The notes under the pieces are model-generated. The model did no database searches. It was not told where the DNA came from and was given only the letters and a program-made list of their open reading frames with translations. DNA of 64,000 bases, from IMG/VR virus record IMGVR_UViG_3300036832_000786, positions 32,001 to 96,000 of that record. The stretch is one strand, 5' to 3'. The position numbers were made by a program, and so were the translations under genes. The DNA is from a virus. Below are positions 9,300 through 19,048 of this stretch, one piece after another (within the stretch, counting starts at the first letter, position 1; every line of letters starts with the position of its first letter).

Positions 9300-9610
9300 A
9301 GCGGGTGACTCGGCAAGTTGTTAGGTTAAGTGTTAGGTTGGCGCGGCGGTTGCCGCAAAGTTCGCATGGGTTCGCTAATTTAAATCGTTGATACGGCTCG
9401 CGGTTCCCGTTTAGATGAGGAACACGGCGATCTCCTCGACCAGGAGGGCGACAGTGTTCTGGGCGGTATCGCGGCGGTTCAGATAATTGGCAAAAGAGAC
9501 ACCAAAGCCCTTGGAAAACTGCCAAAAAGTGACTATGTGTGGGGTGAGGCGGCAGGGACCGCCTCACGTCGCCGCCAGGACGCAGTTGTTAGGCTGGTGT
9601 TAGGTTGGGA
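9300..9610. mobile_element. candidate attP region
   Basis: Non-coding stretch next to the integrase. Two pairs of TGTTAGG(T/C)T arm-type-like repeats (~9319, 9332, 9587, 9598) flank a host-like coding fragment. Confidence 0.55.
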
Positions 9611-9622
9611 AGGAACCTTGAA

Positions 9623-10876
9623 ATGCCGACCGTCGAAAGATACAAGTTCAGCGACCGTTTTTTGCAAGGGTTGAAGCCTGCCGAGTCCGGCGGGCTTATC
9701 CGCTATTGGGATACTCAGTTGGCCAATTTTTGCGTCGAGGTGACCCCCACAAACACGTCGTTTGTCGTTCAGGGGCGCATCGATGGCAAGCAGCTTTGGC
9801 GCACCGTGGGCCGGTACCCCCGGATGGGGCTGGTCGATGCCCGCCAGAAGGCGCGCGAGATGCTCGATGCCCTGGCGCACGGCGTGGACCCCAAGGCGGA
9901 ACAGAAGACGAAGACGGTGGACGGGTCGTTTGCCGGGGTGGCCGAAGAGTACATGGCGGCGGCACTGCCTACGCTGCGCACCGGCAGGGACACCGAACAG
10001 ATGATCCGGCGGGTGTTGCTCAAGTCGTTGGGTGACCGGCCGGTGGCCGACATCAACCGACATGAAGTGCTCACCTTGATGGAGAAGATCAGGGATAGTG
10101 GCAAGCTCATCCCCGGTACGCGGCGCATGAAGGGTGGCGGTTTGGAAACCGCGCGGAAAGCGCTATCGAGTCTGTCACAGATTATCGATTGGGCGCTTGA
10201 CCACGAACGGCGCACCGAAGTCAATCCTTGTGTCGGTATCCGCAAGCGGCTGGGTCCGCAGAAGGTGCGTGACCGGGTGCTTAGTGACAATGAGCTTAGG
10301 TCATTGTGGCCGGTGTTTCAAGCCGAGGGTCAGCCCAACGGTGTCCTCCTTCAGATACTCCTACTGACCGGTCAGCGGGAGAGCGAGTGGGCCGAGGCGA
10401 AGTGGTCCGAGATTGACCTGAATCAAACGGTGTTGATTGTGCCGCAGGAGCGGATGAAGGCAAAGCCGGGTTACGAGAAGTCGCATCTGGTGCCACTGAC
10501 ACCAAAGGTCGCGGAGTTGCTGCGGTCACTGCCGCAGTCGAAGCCTGATGGCTATGTGTTTTCGATGACCGGCGGTGACACTCCGGTTAACGGCTTTGAC
10601 CGGATGAAGCAACGCATCGATCGTAAGTGCCCGCTTCCCGCTTGGGTGTTCCACGATCTGCGGCGCACGGTGTCTACCAATATGGCACGGTTTGACGTAC
10701 CAGACGCGCACGCCGAAGCGGTCCTGGCGCACTCGCAGCGTGGTATCCGCCGGAATTACAATCATTGGAAGTACCATACCCAGAAGCGCGCGGCGCTGGA
10801 AACTTGGGAACGGGAACTGTTGGCGATCGTTGGCGAGTTCCCGCCGGTCGGCAAGCCTCTCGCCCAGGCGGGGTGA
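9623..10876 (+). CDS. int: tyrosine integrase with N-terminal arm-binding (DUF4102-like) domain
   Basis: TVGRYPRMGLVDARQKA arm domain; catalytic LTGQRE, HDLRRT, LAH and Y (RRNYN). Confidence 0.93.
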   Translation: MPTVERYKFSDRFLQGLKPAESGGLIRYWDTQLANFCVEVTPTNTSFVVQGRIDGKQLWRTVGRYPRMGLVDARQKAREMLDALAHGVDPKAEQKTKTVDGSFAGVAEEYMAAALPTLRTGRDTEQMIRRVLLKSLGDRPVADINRHEVLTLMEKIRDSGKLIPGTRRMKGGGLETARKALSSLSQIIDWALDHERRTEVNPCVGIRKRLGPQKVRDRVLSDNELRSLWPVFQAEGQPNGVLLQILLLTGQRESEWAEAKWSEIDLNQTVLIVPQERMKAKPGYEKSHLVPLTPKVAELLRSLPQSKPDGYVFSMTGGDTPVNGFDRMKQRIDRKCPLPAWVFHDLRRTVSTNMARFDVPDAHAEAVLAHSQRGIRRNYNHWKYHTQKRAALETWERELLAIVGEFPPVGKPLAQAG

Positions 10877-10921
10877 TTTTGCTATTCTGGCCTCCGAACG
10901 TTCGGAGGCCGGGGGTGCGCC

Positions 10922-11305
10922 ATGAGGAAATTTGCTCAAGACACAACGGTGCCGATCGCGGGCACAAAGGGTGACATCGCCGCTATTATTGGCAGGTATG
11001 GCGGGCGGCTGGAGAATATCGATGAGAGTGTTTCCGGTCGCGTCATTATCTTGTTCAGATCAAACCAAGCGCCGCCGCGCTATCTGCGTGTTACGATGAG
11101 TGTGCCGATTATTCCTGCCGATGGTCAGGCAGCGCGGCGCAAGTGGCGCGCCCTGTTCAACGACATAAAATTCAAGTTTGTGTCGGTTGACGAGGGGATC
11201 GAAACCTTTGACCAAGCCTTTATGGCGTGGATTATCGGTCCCGATGGACAGACACTTTTCGATAAGGTAGTTGAACTGCATCTGTTACCGGCAGGAGGGG
11301 TGTGA
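10922..11305 (+). CDS. hypothetical phage protein
   Basis: RKWRALFNDIKFKFVSVDEGIETFDQAFMAWI resembles a common uncharacterised phage family. Confidence 0.65.
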   Translation: MRKFAQDTTVPIAGTKGDIAAIIGRYGGRLENIDESVSGRVIILFRSNQAPPRYLRVTMSVPIIPADGQAARRKWRALFNDIKFKFVSVDEGIETFDQAFMAWIIGPDGQTLFDKVVELHLLPAGGV

Positions 11306-11520
11306 TGCATGAGCTTGAGTACAAAATACTGAACCTCAGTGAGGAAGTCAGACGTGGGGTGATTAGTGCGCGGAGACTCGTTCGCACGTTGCGGACGCTG
11401 GCGACGGATGCGCATGATTACATCCCCGATCCGATTCTTAGCTGGAACGATGACGGAAGCCGGAACTATCTAGCCGACCAAGAACGGCGGCTACGCATAC
11501 TTGAAGGAGAGTCACAATGA
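11302..11520 (+). CDS. small hypothetical protein
   Basis: Coupled start/stop overlaps; AGGAGG SD. Confidence 0.5.
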   Translation: MMHELEYKILNLSEEVRRGVISARRLVRTLRTLATDAHDYIPDPILSWNDDGSRNYLADQERRLRILEGESQ

Positions 11521-11822
11521 TGGTCTGGGTCAGCAAGCACCGGCAGTTTCACCCCGAGATGCTGGGGTTTATTCCGATGTTTTTGAGTGAGAACGACCCG
11601 CGCCCGGCGGTGGAACAGTTCGACGCGAAGTACCAGTCCGGCTGGAGGGCGCAGCCGGGTTTTACGATGGCGGCAAATGGTGACCTGTTGTACCCTGGTG
11701 ACCCGCCGTTGGAACTCTTGTGCGAGGCGCAGTTCCGTGACGAACTGATCCGCTTCTACAATTACGAGTATGTCGCTGTCGTTCAAAAGGACGGCTCATT
11801 TGAAGCCTGTCGGATGGATTAG
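11517..11822 (+). CDS. hypothetical phage protein
   Basis: AAGGAG SD; ends VVQKDGSFEACRMD. Confidence 0.65.
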   Translation: MMVWVSKHRQFHPEMLGFIPMFLSENDPRPAVEQFDAKYQSGWRAQPGFTMAANGDLLYPGDPPLELLCEAQFRDELIRFYNYEYVAVVQKDGSFEACRMD

Positions 11823-11942
11823 TGACATATGGATTGGGATTGGTGGGCGGATTTTGTGACTAAGGTTATTGTCTTTGGCGGGCTTGTCGTGGCGGCGGTC
11901 ATGGTGTTACAGTGGGTGTGCCGACATCTGGGAGGGTGACCG

Positions 11943-12320
11943 TTGCCCCAGCCCCTCATTGATTATACACGGTACAACGGGTATCTGTATAAGGTACTGA
12001 AGGATATTGTTGCGGCCTACCAGCGTGGGTACACCCCACGGCAGATTGCCGATGACTTGATTCCCCGGCTTACCGGTTACTACGTTTCAAGTTCGATGGT
12101 CACTTACATCTTGCGCCGGGTCGGCGCGATACAGGATTGCTATACAGAACGGTCACCGCAGGAACTGCGGCGCATTGAAATTAATGCCCGGCTCCGTCAC
12201 CCTGAGTGGTACGGTCTTCCCGAACATTATGGTATGTCTGTGGAGTCACTGGGTCGACCGCTCGACATGGGCGGGCCGCGCGACGTGTGGATCGAACAGT
12301 CACCGTGGGACGATCTGTGA
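11943..12320 (+). CDS. hypothetical protein, possible HTH
   Basis: GGAGG SD; GYTPRQIADDL...SSSMVTYILRR is HTH-like. Confidence 0.5.
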   Translation: MPQPLIDYTRYNGYLYKVLKDIVAAYQRGYTPRQIADDLIPRLTGYYVSSSMVTYILRRVGAIQDCYTERSPQELRRIEINARLRHPEWYGLPEHYGMSVESLGRPLDMGGPRDVWIEQSPWDDL

Positions 12321-12670
12321 TGCCGATCGAATGGGCGCAGCTACCCGGAATTGGTGTTAGCGGTTACGGTGATCTTCTCCGTCAGGTGTACCGCCACGGA
12401 CGGCTGGAGACTTATGATCTGGTTCTCTCCAATTTTGATAATGGTTATGACGACCGGGATGCGGAACAGCGCGACGCTGCCGAACAACGGCGTGTTGATA
12501 GTGTGCAAAGGCGTTACCGCAACGCTCATCCACAAAGACCCTACAATGGCGGTGAGCCGCGCAAGCCGCGCAAGCCGCGCGCCAGGAAGCACAAGTTCCG
12601 GGTGAAGATCATGCTGCGGGATAAGTACCACAAGCGGCGTGTGAAGATCGAAGCTGACGACGATGTTTAA
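12320..12670 (+). CDS. hypothetical protein
   Basis: TGATG coupling to the upstream gene; overlaps the primase start; two copies of an RVKI motif. Confidence 0.5.
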   Translation: MPIEWAQLPGIGVSGYGDLLRQVYRHGRLETYDLVLSNFDNGYDDRDAEQRDAAEQRRVDSVQRRYRNAHPQRPYNGGEPRKPRKPRARKHKFRVKIMLRDKYHKRRVKIEADDDV

Positions 12671-13673
12671 CTGGGAACAGTTCCTCGACAGTCACGGTAT
12701 CGAAACGACCGTCCGCACCCGTTATGTCACCCGGCACCATATCGGGATCAACTGTCCGTTCTGCGGCGATGACACCGGTTATAATCTGGGTATCGATATC
12801 CGCAGCGGGTTCTGGCATTGTTGGCGGGAACCGGTACCGGGTTCCCATTCCGGTCGGTTACCGTATCGGTTGATCGAGGCGTTACTCGGTTGTGGTCGTG
12901 CCGTGTCACGACAGATTGTCGAACGCGGTGAGAGTGCCATCGTTGTTAGTGACCGATCGTTTGGTAGTGACATCGGTAGGATGTTGGGTGGCCCCATCAA
13001 GATGAGTCACACCGTCACGGCATTAGAGTTCCCGCGCGAGTACCACCGAATTGACTCGCCGCGTGCCAAGCGGTTGTACTACCCATATCTCCAGGGTCGC
13101 GGTTACACCGAACGGCAGGTTGATTGGCTGGTTGAGCGGTTCCGGTTGTGTTACGCGATAAAGGGACCATTTGTCTACCGGGTAATCGTACCGGTGTATG
13201 TCCGCAATAAGTTGGTCACCTGGACCGGGCGTGCGATCGGTGACGATGAGTTGCGGTACCGTACCCTATCCCACGACCCCGACAATGCGTTGCGCACCGG
13301 ACTGCCGCAGGCGGTGGTGAACATCAAGCACACATTGTTTGATTGGGATGCGGCGAGCTACGGCGGTCGTACCCTGGTGGTCACCGAGGGGGTGTTCGAC
13401 GCGATGCGGGTTATTTTCTTTGGCCACGGTTATGGTGTGCAGGCGATCGCGCTCTACGGCAAGCAAGCGACCCCGGAGCAATTGGAGCTTTTGGCGGAAC
13501 TGATCCCGCGTTACCGCCGCGTTGTGTCTCTCTTAGATGCGGATACCGGGTTGGCCGGATTCATCGGGTTCCCGGAGGATTTCCATATAAAACAATACGA
13601 TGTACCGAGTGGGGTGAAAGACCCGGCACTCTTGAACCGGGAACAGTTTGGCCGGTTGTTCCTGAGTACCTAA
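12663..13673 (+). CDS. DNA primase (Zn-finger + TOPRIM)
   Basis: CPFC...HCW zinc ribbon; RVIVPV...TWTGRAI; TOPRIM VVTEGVFDA and LLDAD. Confidence 0.88.
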   Translation: MFNWEQFLDSHGIETTVRTRYVTRHHIGINCPFCGDDTGYNLGIDIRSGFWHCWREPVPGSHSGRLPYRLIEALLGCGRAVSRQIVERGESAIVVSDRSFGSDIGRMLGGPIKMSHTVTALEFPREYHRIDSPRAKRLYYPYLQGRGYTERQVDWLVERFRLCYAIKGPFVYRVIVPVYVRNKLVTWTGRAIGDDELRYRTLSHDPDNALRTGLPQAVVNIKHTLFDWDAASYGGRTLVVTEGVFDAMRVIFFGHGYGVQAIALYGKQATPEQLELLAELIPRYRRVVSLLDADTGLAGFIGFPEDFHIKQYDVPSGVKDPALLNREQFGRLFLST

Positions 13674-13678
13674 ATAAC

Positions 13679-13960
13679 TTGCAATTTAGAGTATCCGTCT
13701 GTATGTGTGGCGGTGCAGTAGGGCGTAGGGCAGACGACGCTCCTCCACCTTGCCGGACCATTACGCCGCCCCCCGGCGTTGCCCCCCGGTCGCGACAAGG
13801 TATGTGAGAAGCAGGACCGGTCGTTCTGTCCTCCTAGACTGTCGGGCCGTCCAGCGGCAGCCGCTCTACACTGGACGGGGTTTTCCCTATTGTCAGGTTA
13901 CTGACCCTATCATAGACTGCGTGCCCTGGTTCCACTTGCATCTAGGAAAGTGGGGCACCA
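13679..13960 (+). ncRNA. candidate structured non-coding RNA / 5' leader
   Basis: TTGCAA-17-TATGTG promoter-like site followed by about 250 nt with several nested complementary segments and no convincing ORF. Confidence 0.35.
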
Positions 13961-14428
13961 ATGACGAATCGCGCTCAGCGTAGCGGCGGTGTGCCGCTTC
14001 CTGTTGTCGGCTGGATACACAACTTCGCGGTTAACAACTATTGGCGTGTATCAGCGTTTTACGAACTCGATGATTTGTGTCAAGATGGGTTGGTTTGCGC
14101 CGTCAAGTGCCGAAACCGTTACGGGACTCCCGGCGTCGATATCAGTCACCCGCACTTTATGTCATTGGTACAGACCGCTTTTAACCGGTACCTGATCGAC
14201 TTGACGCGGCGACAGTTGGTCACCACGGTCTATCTCGCTGATCTGGGTGCCGATGAGATAGCGGTGCGGGAGAAATACAGCATCCCGGAGAATCCGCTAG
14301 GTGAACTGGCGCGATGTATCGAAGAGCTTCCCGACTACCTGTACCGGGTGATCATGTGCTTACTCACCGATCCTGGGTTTCGGCGATCTCGGCGTGACGA
14401 ACGTGATCTACGGGCTTTTCTTGTGTGA
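13961..14428 (+). CDS. sigma-factor-like protein (region 2/4-like)
   Basis: ELDDLCQDG...F..LVQTAFNRYLIDL resembles sigma70 region 2; IEELPDYLYRVI resembles the start of region 4. Confidence 0.55.
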   Translation: MTNRAQRSGGVPLPVVGWIHNFAVNNYWRVSAFYELDDLCQDGLVCAVKCRNRYGTPGVDISHPHFMSLVQTAFNRYLIDLTRRQLVTTVYLADLGADEIAVREKYSIPENPLGELARCIEELPDYLYRVIMCLLTDPGFRRSRRDERDLRAFLV

Positions 14429-14508
14429 CAGTTGACAACTTTTCTCTTGCATCCCACTTGAGACTCGTTATCAACTGTTCCACTTTTGGTAGGGAGGTAG
14501 AGAATCCT

Positions 14509-15309
14509 ATGCGAAACACTGGTAGTCAAGCTGACAGCGATGAACTGTCGTCACTGTACGATCAGATTGTTGATGCCACTGGTATCGAGTTCGACCCTGT
14601 CGAGTTTAAGGGTGGGGCCGAGGAGTACAAAAACAATCTGGTCCGTCACTTCGGACACATGCCACCGGAGGAATTTGACGTTTTGTCAGAGGAACTGCGC
14701 GATTGGATCAACGAGGCCACCTTGGTCTTCAACGCCAATCGTCGCGCCAAGGATCGGTCACCACTTCCTGATATCGAGGGTATGCCGGAACCACCGCCCC
14801 CCACAAAGGCGCGCTCCAGCCGGGTGATGTTTGAGGAAGACGAAGACGAAGATGAGTCGCCCCCGCCGCCACGGCGTCTACGGGTAGCGGCTGCGCCGCC
14901 ACCGGAGGATGAAGACGAGCCAGACGACGACCCGGACGACGGCGAACCGGAACCGGAAGAGGAACCGGAGGAGGAGGCCGCCGCGCCGCCGCCACGGGTG
15001 GCACGGGGAGCACGGACCCGTGCGCGCGGCAGTGCGACACCAGCAAAGCCCCCGGCACGGGTGGCGCGTGGGGTTGCGGCCGAACCGGCGCGGACACGCG
15101 ATCCCGATGCGGGGCGGTATGCCAAGGTTATGCCGCACTACCTCAAGGATCGCACGATCGAGATTGAGGAACTCCAAGAGAAGATCGAAAAGACCGATGG
15201 AGCCGGTTACTCTCCTACGACACTCGATCGTACCCTGGCGGCATGCCGTAGTGTTGTGGCCTGGGCCGAGCATAACGGTGTCGATTTTAGTCCCGCGCTC
15301 AGAAGGTGA
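14509..15309 (+). CDS. hypothetical acidic, Pro-rich protein
   Basis: GGAGG SD before ATG 14509; lies in the replication operon. Confidence 0.7.
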   Translation: MRNTGSQADSDELSSLYDQIVDATGIEFDPVEFKGGAEEYKNNLVRHFGHMPPEEFDVLSEELRDWINEATLVFNANRRAKDRSPLPDIEGMPEPPPPTKARSSRVMFEEDEDEDESPPPPRRLRVAAAPPPEDEDEPDDDPDDGEPEPEEEPEEEAAAPPPRVARGARTRARGSATPAKPPARVARGVAAEPARTRDPDAGRYAKVMPHYLKDRTIEIEELQEKIEKTDGAGYSPTTLDRTLAACRSVVAWAEHNGVDFSPALRR

Positions 15310-16401
15310 TTGATGAGGGTTGCGCGTGATCTCTTACTGGCGGTTCTCGAAGCAGCATCACCAGCGTTAGGGACCACGCGCAATCTCGTACCCGGTTTGT
15401 CACACTTCTGGTTTGACCGTGAAACGGTCACCGCGTTTAATGATGTACTGGGTATCCGAGTCGTGTTCGCCAGTGACTTCGAAGGCGGGGTCGAGGGGGA
15501 ACGGTTACTCGGTCTGCTAAAGAACAGTACTGCAAAAAATGTCACTCTCACCTCCAGGACCGGTGGTCGGAAACCGGTTCTTCATGTCGAGGTCGGTACT
15601 GCCGGTGTCACCCTGCCAATGCGCCCGGTGACCGAGTCACTATTCAAGGAACAGTTCCCCGATCACTCTGGCAGCGCGATTAGTCAGGAACTGATCGACG
15701 CGCTCAAGCTCACTATGTTGTCGTGTGTCAGTAAGAAACTGGCATCAGCGGCAGAGCGTGGTGTGACTCTTATTCAGACAGACACCGTGCTTGACGCCTA
15801 CACCACCGATGATGCGACAGTGTCGTGGGCACGGGTCAAGGATAGTGCCTTGTTCCCGACCGCACACGGACGCGCGTTGTGGCCGAGAGAGTTTTGTGAC
15901 TATTTCATTAGACACTTTACCCACGGTACCATAGTCGCGATGACCGATGATGCGGTGTGGGCGTATGGTGGCGTAAAGTACCAATCCGATCCCTTGATGG
16001 TGACGGTGTACGCGAAGTTGATCGAGGGGAGTACCTCCGACTTCCCCGGCTTTGTCCGGCGGTACCAGGGTGAGGCGGCAACCGCGTTTAAGATACCGGA
16101 TGAGTTGACCCGCGCCTTGTCGCGCGCGGCGGTGATGATACCGGACAAGACACTGATCGAGCTTGAAGTCACTGGGTTGGACGACACCAGCGTCCTGCGG
16201 CTTTACTGCAACAGTGCAGCCGGTGAGTTTGACGACCTTGTCGAAATCGATGCCAACGGTCATACTGAACTGACGGTCAAGGCCGATGTCGCGTTGATCC
16301 GGCGCGCCCTGGCAGGCCGCACTTCCCTGGCGCTGACCCGTGATAGTGTCGTATTGACCGGCCCGCCGGGCTTTTTTCACTTTATTTCTGTCCGTCGCTA
16401 A
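15310..16401 (+). CDS. DNA polymerase sliding clamp (beta/DnaN-like)
   Basis: About 360 aa with three-domain beta-clamp character (LLLAVLEAASPAL...PGLSHF...VTAFND; KLIEG...FP; ELTRALSRAAV); adjacent to the polymerase and clamp loader. Confidence 0.75.
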   Translation: MMRVARDLLLAVLEAASPALGTTRNLVPGLSHFWFDRETVTAFNDVLGIRVVFASDFEGGVEGERLLGLLKNSTAKNVTLTSRTGGRKPVLHVEVGTAGVTLPMRPVTESLFKEQFPDHSGSAISQELIDALKLTMLSCVSKKLASAAERGVTLIQTDTVLDAYTTDDATVSWARVKDSALFPTAHGRALWPREFCDYFIRHFTHGTIVAMTDDAVWAYGGVKYQSDPLMVTVYAKLIEGSTSDFPGFVRRYQGEAATAFKIPDELTRALSRAAVMIPDKTLIELEVTGLDDTSVLRLYCNSAAGEFDDLVEIDANGHTELTVKADVALIRRALAGRTSLALTRDSVVLTGPPGFFHFISVRR

Positions 16402-16459
16402 GGTTCTCGTTAAGTTCACTGCCACTCCCACGTATAATTAAGTAGGGAGGGCAAGACAT

Positions 16460-19048
16460 ATGGGCTTTGCGGGTGCGCTTGGCTTGGTCCCGGCTGACAA
16501 TGGGACGATCACCAATAATAAGAGTGTTGTCAGTGACCGGCTCCTACACCAGTTGGGGTGTCGGGCATGTCCGCTCAATCATGCGCCGGGGCTGCGCTCA
16601 CCAAAGATGCCCGCGACCGGCGCGCGCGAGCCGGTGGTGTACATTATCGGCGAGGCTCCCGGTCGGGTCGAGGATGAGGAGGGCTATCAGTTTGTCGGCG
16701 AATCCGGTGACCTGTTGCGCCCCTACATCCCGGACAAGTTCCAAAAGCATATCCGCTGGAACAACATTCTAAACTGTAGACCGCCGGACAACCGTGATCC
16801 CGATCGGATTGAGCGGGAGTGTTGTCGACCACGAATCGAGCATGACATTGCGCTGACCAAACCGGATGCGATCTTTGGCATGGGGGCGCAGCCGTTGTCC
16901 TGGGCCGGGCGGATCGGCGGTATCTACCAGTGGCGCGGTCGCCGGTTCCCGATCAAGGTTGGTGACCATCTATGTTGGTACTACCCGATGCTGCATCCGG
17001 CGGGTATCATCCACCAACGGCGCGCCGGTTGGCGCAGTGCCAATGATGACGAGTTCGCTTTGGAACTCGATTTGCGCCGGGCATTTGCCGAGGTTGCCGC
17101 CGGGTTGCCAGAACCCATTGTCCATACAGAGGAATTTGCCAAGAGTAACATTGTTTGTGTCACCGGTCGTAGGCGTGACGACCTTGACTACCTATTGGAG
17201 TTCCTCAAATACGCCAGTGCGCAGCGGGTGACCGGCGTCGATTATGAGACACAAAACCTGCGTCCGTATAATACTGACTCGGAGATACTCACCGCAGCGG
17301 TGGCGACCGAGGACGAAACGGTGGCGTTTGCTTACCGTCACCCCGATGCTGGATGGAGTGACCGCCAGTTAAACGCGGTTGATGACGCCTGGATGAAGTT
17401 CCTTCAGTCACGCGCCAAGAAGGCGGTGCACCAACTGTCATTTGAGATGGAGTGGACATGTTACTTTTACGGTAACGAGTTCGCCCGGTCGGTTCCTTGG
17501 GAAGATACGATGACCCAGGCTTATGTGATTGATGAGCGGGTCGGTGACACCAAGCCGGGCGCATTGTCACTCGAATGGCTGACGCAGCAACACTTCGGGG
17601 TCAACATCAAAAAGTTGTCACCGAAGATGAACAAGGCGAGGATGCGAGATGAGAGTCTTGAAACGTTACTTCCTTACAATGGCATTGATGCCAAATATCA
17701 CCGGTTGGTCTATCTGGCACAAAGCGCCACCATCAAAGAAGCTGACCTTGTGGCAGTGTATGAAGAAAAGGTACGCCAAGTTCCAACAGTGGTGCTCACG
17801 CAGCTTAAGGGTATCCCGCTCGATGCAGTGGTAAACACCGAGTTACGGCGGGAGTATGCGCGTAAGCTGGCCAAGGCTAAGGAACAGGTACAGTCACTGC
17901 CGGAAGCCCAAGAGTTCAAGAAACTCGCCCGCGAGGAGTTCAATCCGGGATCACCGCAACATGTCATCATTATGCTGCGTGACATCCTCAAGACCCGCGC
18001 CGGGCAGGAGGGTCCAGGCTGGTCGACCAAGGAAGCGGTGCTGAAGGAAGTCAAGCACCCGATGTCACGGGCAATCTTGAACTACCGCAAAGTACAGAAA
18101 ATCAAAGGTACCTACGTCGACCCGTATTCACCGGACAGTCCGAACGTGTATCCCGGTAACATTATTCACACCAATCTCGGCACCTGTTTCACCGAAACCG
18201 GTCGACTCAATAGTGAAGACCCCAATATCCAAAACGTGCCAGCCAGGGAGGATGAAGCCAAAAAGGTACGCAGGCAGATTGCTTCCAAGGTGATGGCGTC
18301 GTTTGATTATGGGCAGATCGATGCGCGGATCATTGCCTGCGGCTCGCGTGACCGTCACTATTGCAAGGCACTGTGGGAAGACTACGACATCCACATGGAG
18401 TGGGCGGAACGAATCGCTCATACAGTGCCCCGGCTGGTTGGTGGCAAGAAGGGGCTTAAAGACCCAAAGGTGATGGGTGACTTCCGCCAGAATGTGAAGT
18501 CGGTGTGGGTGTTCGCGCTGTTCTATGGTGCCGCATTGTGGTCTACCGCCAAGCGGTTGGAATGTGAGGAACGGGAACTGACCAAACTGTACGACGAGTT
18601 TTGGACACAGTTTGCCGGTGTCCGTAAGTGGCAGGACGAAATCGGCAAGCAGTTCCACAAGCTTGGGTACGTGCAGTTGTTTGGTGGGTTACGGCGTCAC
18701 GCACCGTTGGGTCATGGTCAGCAAATCAATACGCCGGTACAGGGTGCTACCAATCGGATCGTCATGTTGGGGATGAACCGACTCAGTGAAACCGGTGACC
18801 CGCTGTTGCAGGCAAACATGCAGATACACGATGACCTGACATTCTGTTTCAATTCGCACCGTACCTACGAAGACTCCATGCCCCGGATACTCGACATCAT
18901 GCTCGATGGCCGGGAGTTCGATTGGTTTGCGGTACCGCTGATCGCCGAGGTTAAGACCGGTTCTAATTGGGCCGAGATGACCAAGGTCGGTAACTTTTCC
19001 AGTGTCGAACGGTTGGGTTGGCCACAACGAGCGAAGGAGTTTGTGTGA
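16460..19048 (+). CDS. family A DNA polymerase with N-terminal family-4 uracil-DNA glycosylase domain
   Basis: UDG: CRACPL, IIGEAPG, FVGESG, CRPPDNR, MLHPA. 3'-5' exonuclease: VDYET, YNGID. PolA: TETGRLNSEDPNIQN, FDYGQIDAR, RQNVK...FALFYG, NTPVQG, QIHDDL. Confidence 0.95.
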   Translation: MGFAGALGLVPADNGTITNNKSVVSDRLLHQLGCRACPLNHAPGLRSPKMPATGAREPVVYIIGEAPGRVEDEEGYQFVGESGDLLRPYIPDKFQKHIRWNNILNCRPPDNRDPDRIERECCRPRIEHDIALTKPDAIFGMGAQPLSWAGRIGGIYQWRGRRFPIKVGDHLCWYYPMLHPAGIIHQRRAGWRSANDDEFALELDLRRAFAEVAAGLPEPIVHTEEFAKSNIVCVTGRRRDDLDYLLEFLKYASAQRVTGVDYETQNLRPYNTDSEILTAAVATEDETVAFAYRHPDAGWSDRQLNAVDDAWMKFLQSRAKKAVHQLSFEMEWTCYFYGNEFARSVPWEDTMTQAYVIDERVGDTKPGALSLEWLTQQHFGVNIKKLSPKMNKARMRDESLETLLPYNGIDAKYHRLVYLAQSATIKEADLVAVYEEKVRQVPTVVLTQLKGIPLDAVVNTELRREYARKLAKAKEQVQSLPEAQEFKKLAREEFNPGSPQHVIIMLRDILKTRAGQEGPGWSTKEAVLKEVKHPMSRAILNYRKVQKIKGTYVDPYSPDSPNVYPGNIIHTNLGTCFTETGRLNSEDPNIQNVPAREDEAKKVRRQIASKVMASFDYGQIDARIIACGSRDRHYCKALWEDYDIHMEWAERIAHTVPRLVGGKKGLKDPKVMGDFRQNVKSVWVFALFYGAALWSTAKRLECEERELTKLYDEFWTQFAGVRKWQDEIGKQFHKLGYVQLFGGLRRHAPLGHGQQINTPVQGATNRIVMLGMNRLSETGDPLLQANMQIHDDLTFCFNSHRTYEDSMPRILDIMLDGREFDWFAVPLIAEVKTGSNWAEMTKVGNFSSVERLGWPQRAKEFV

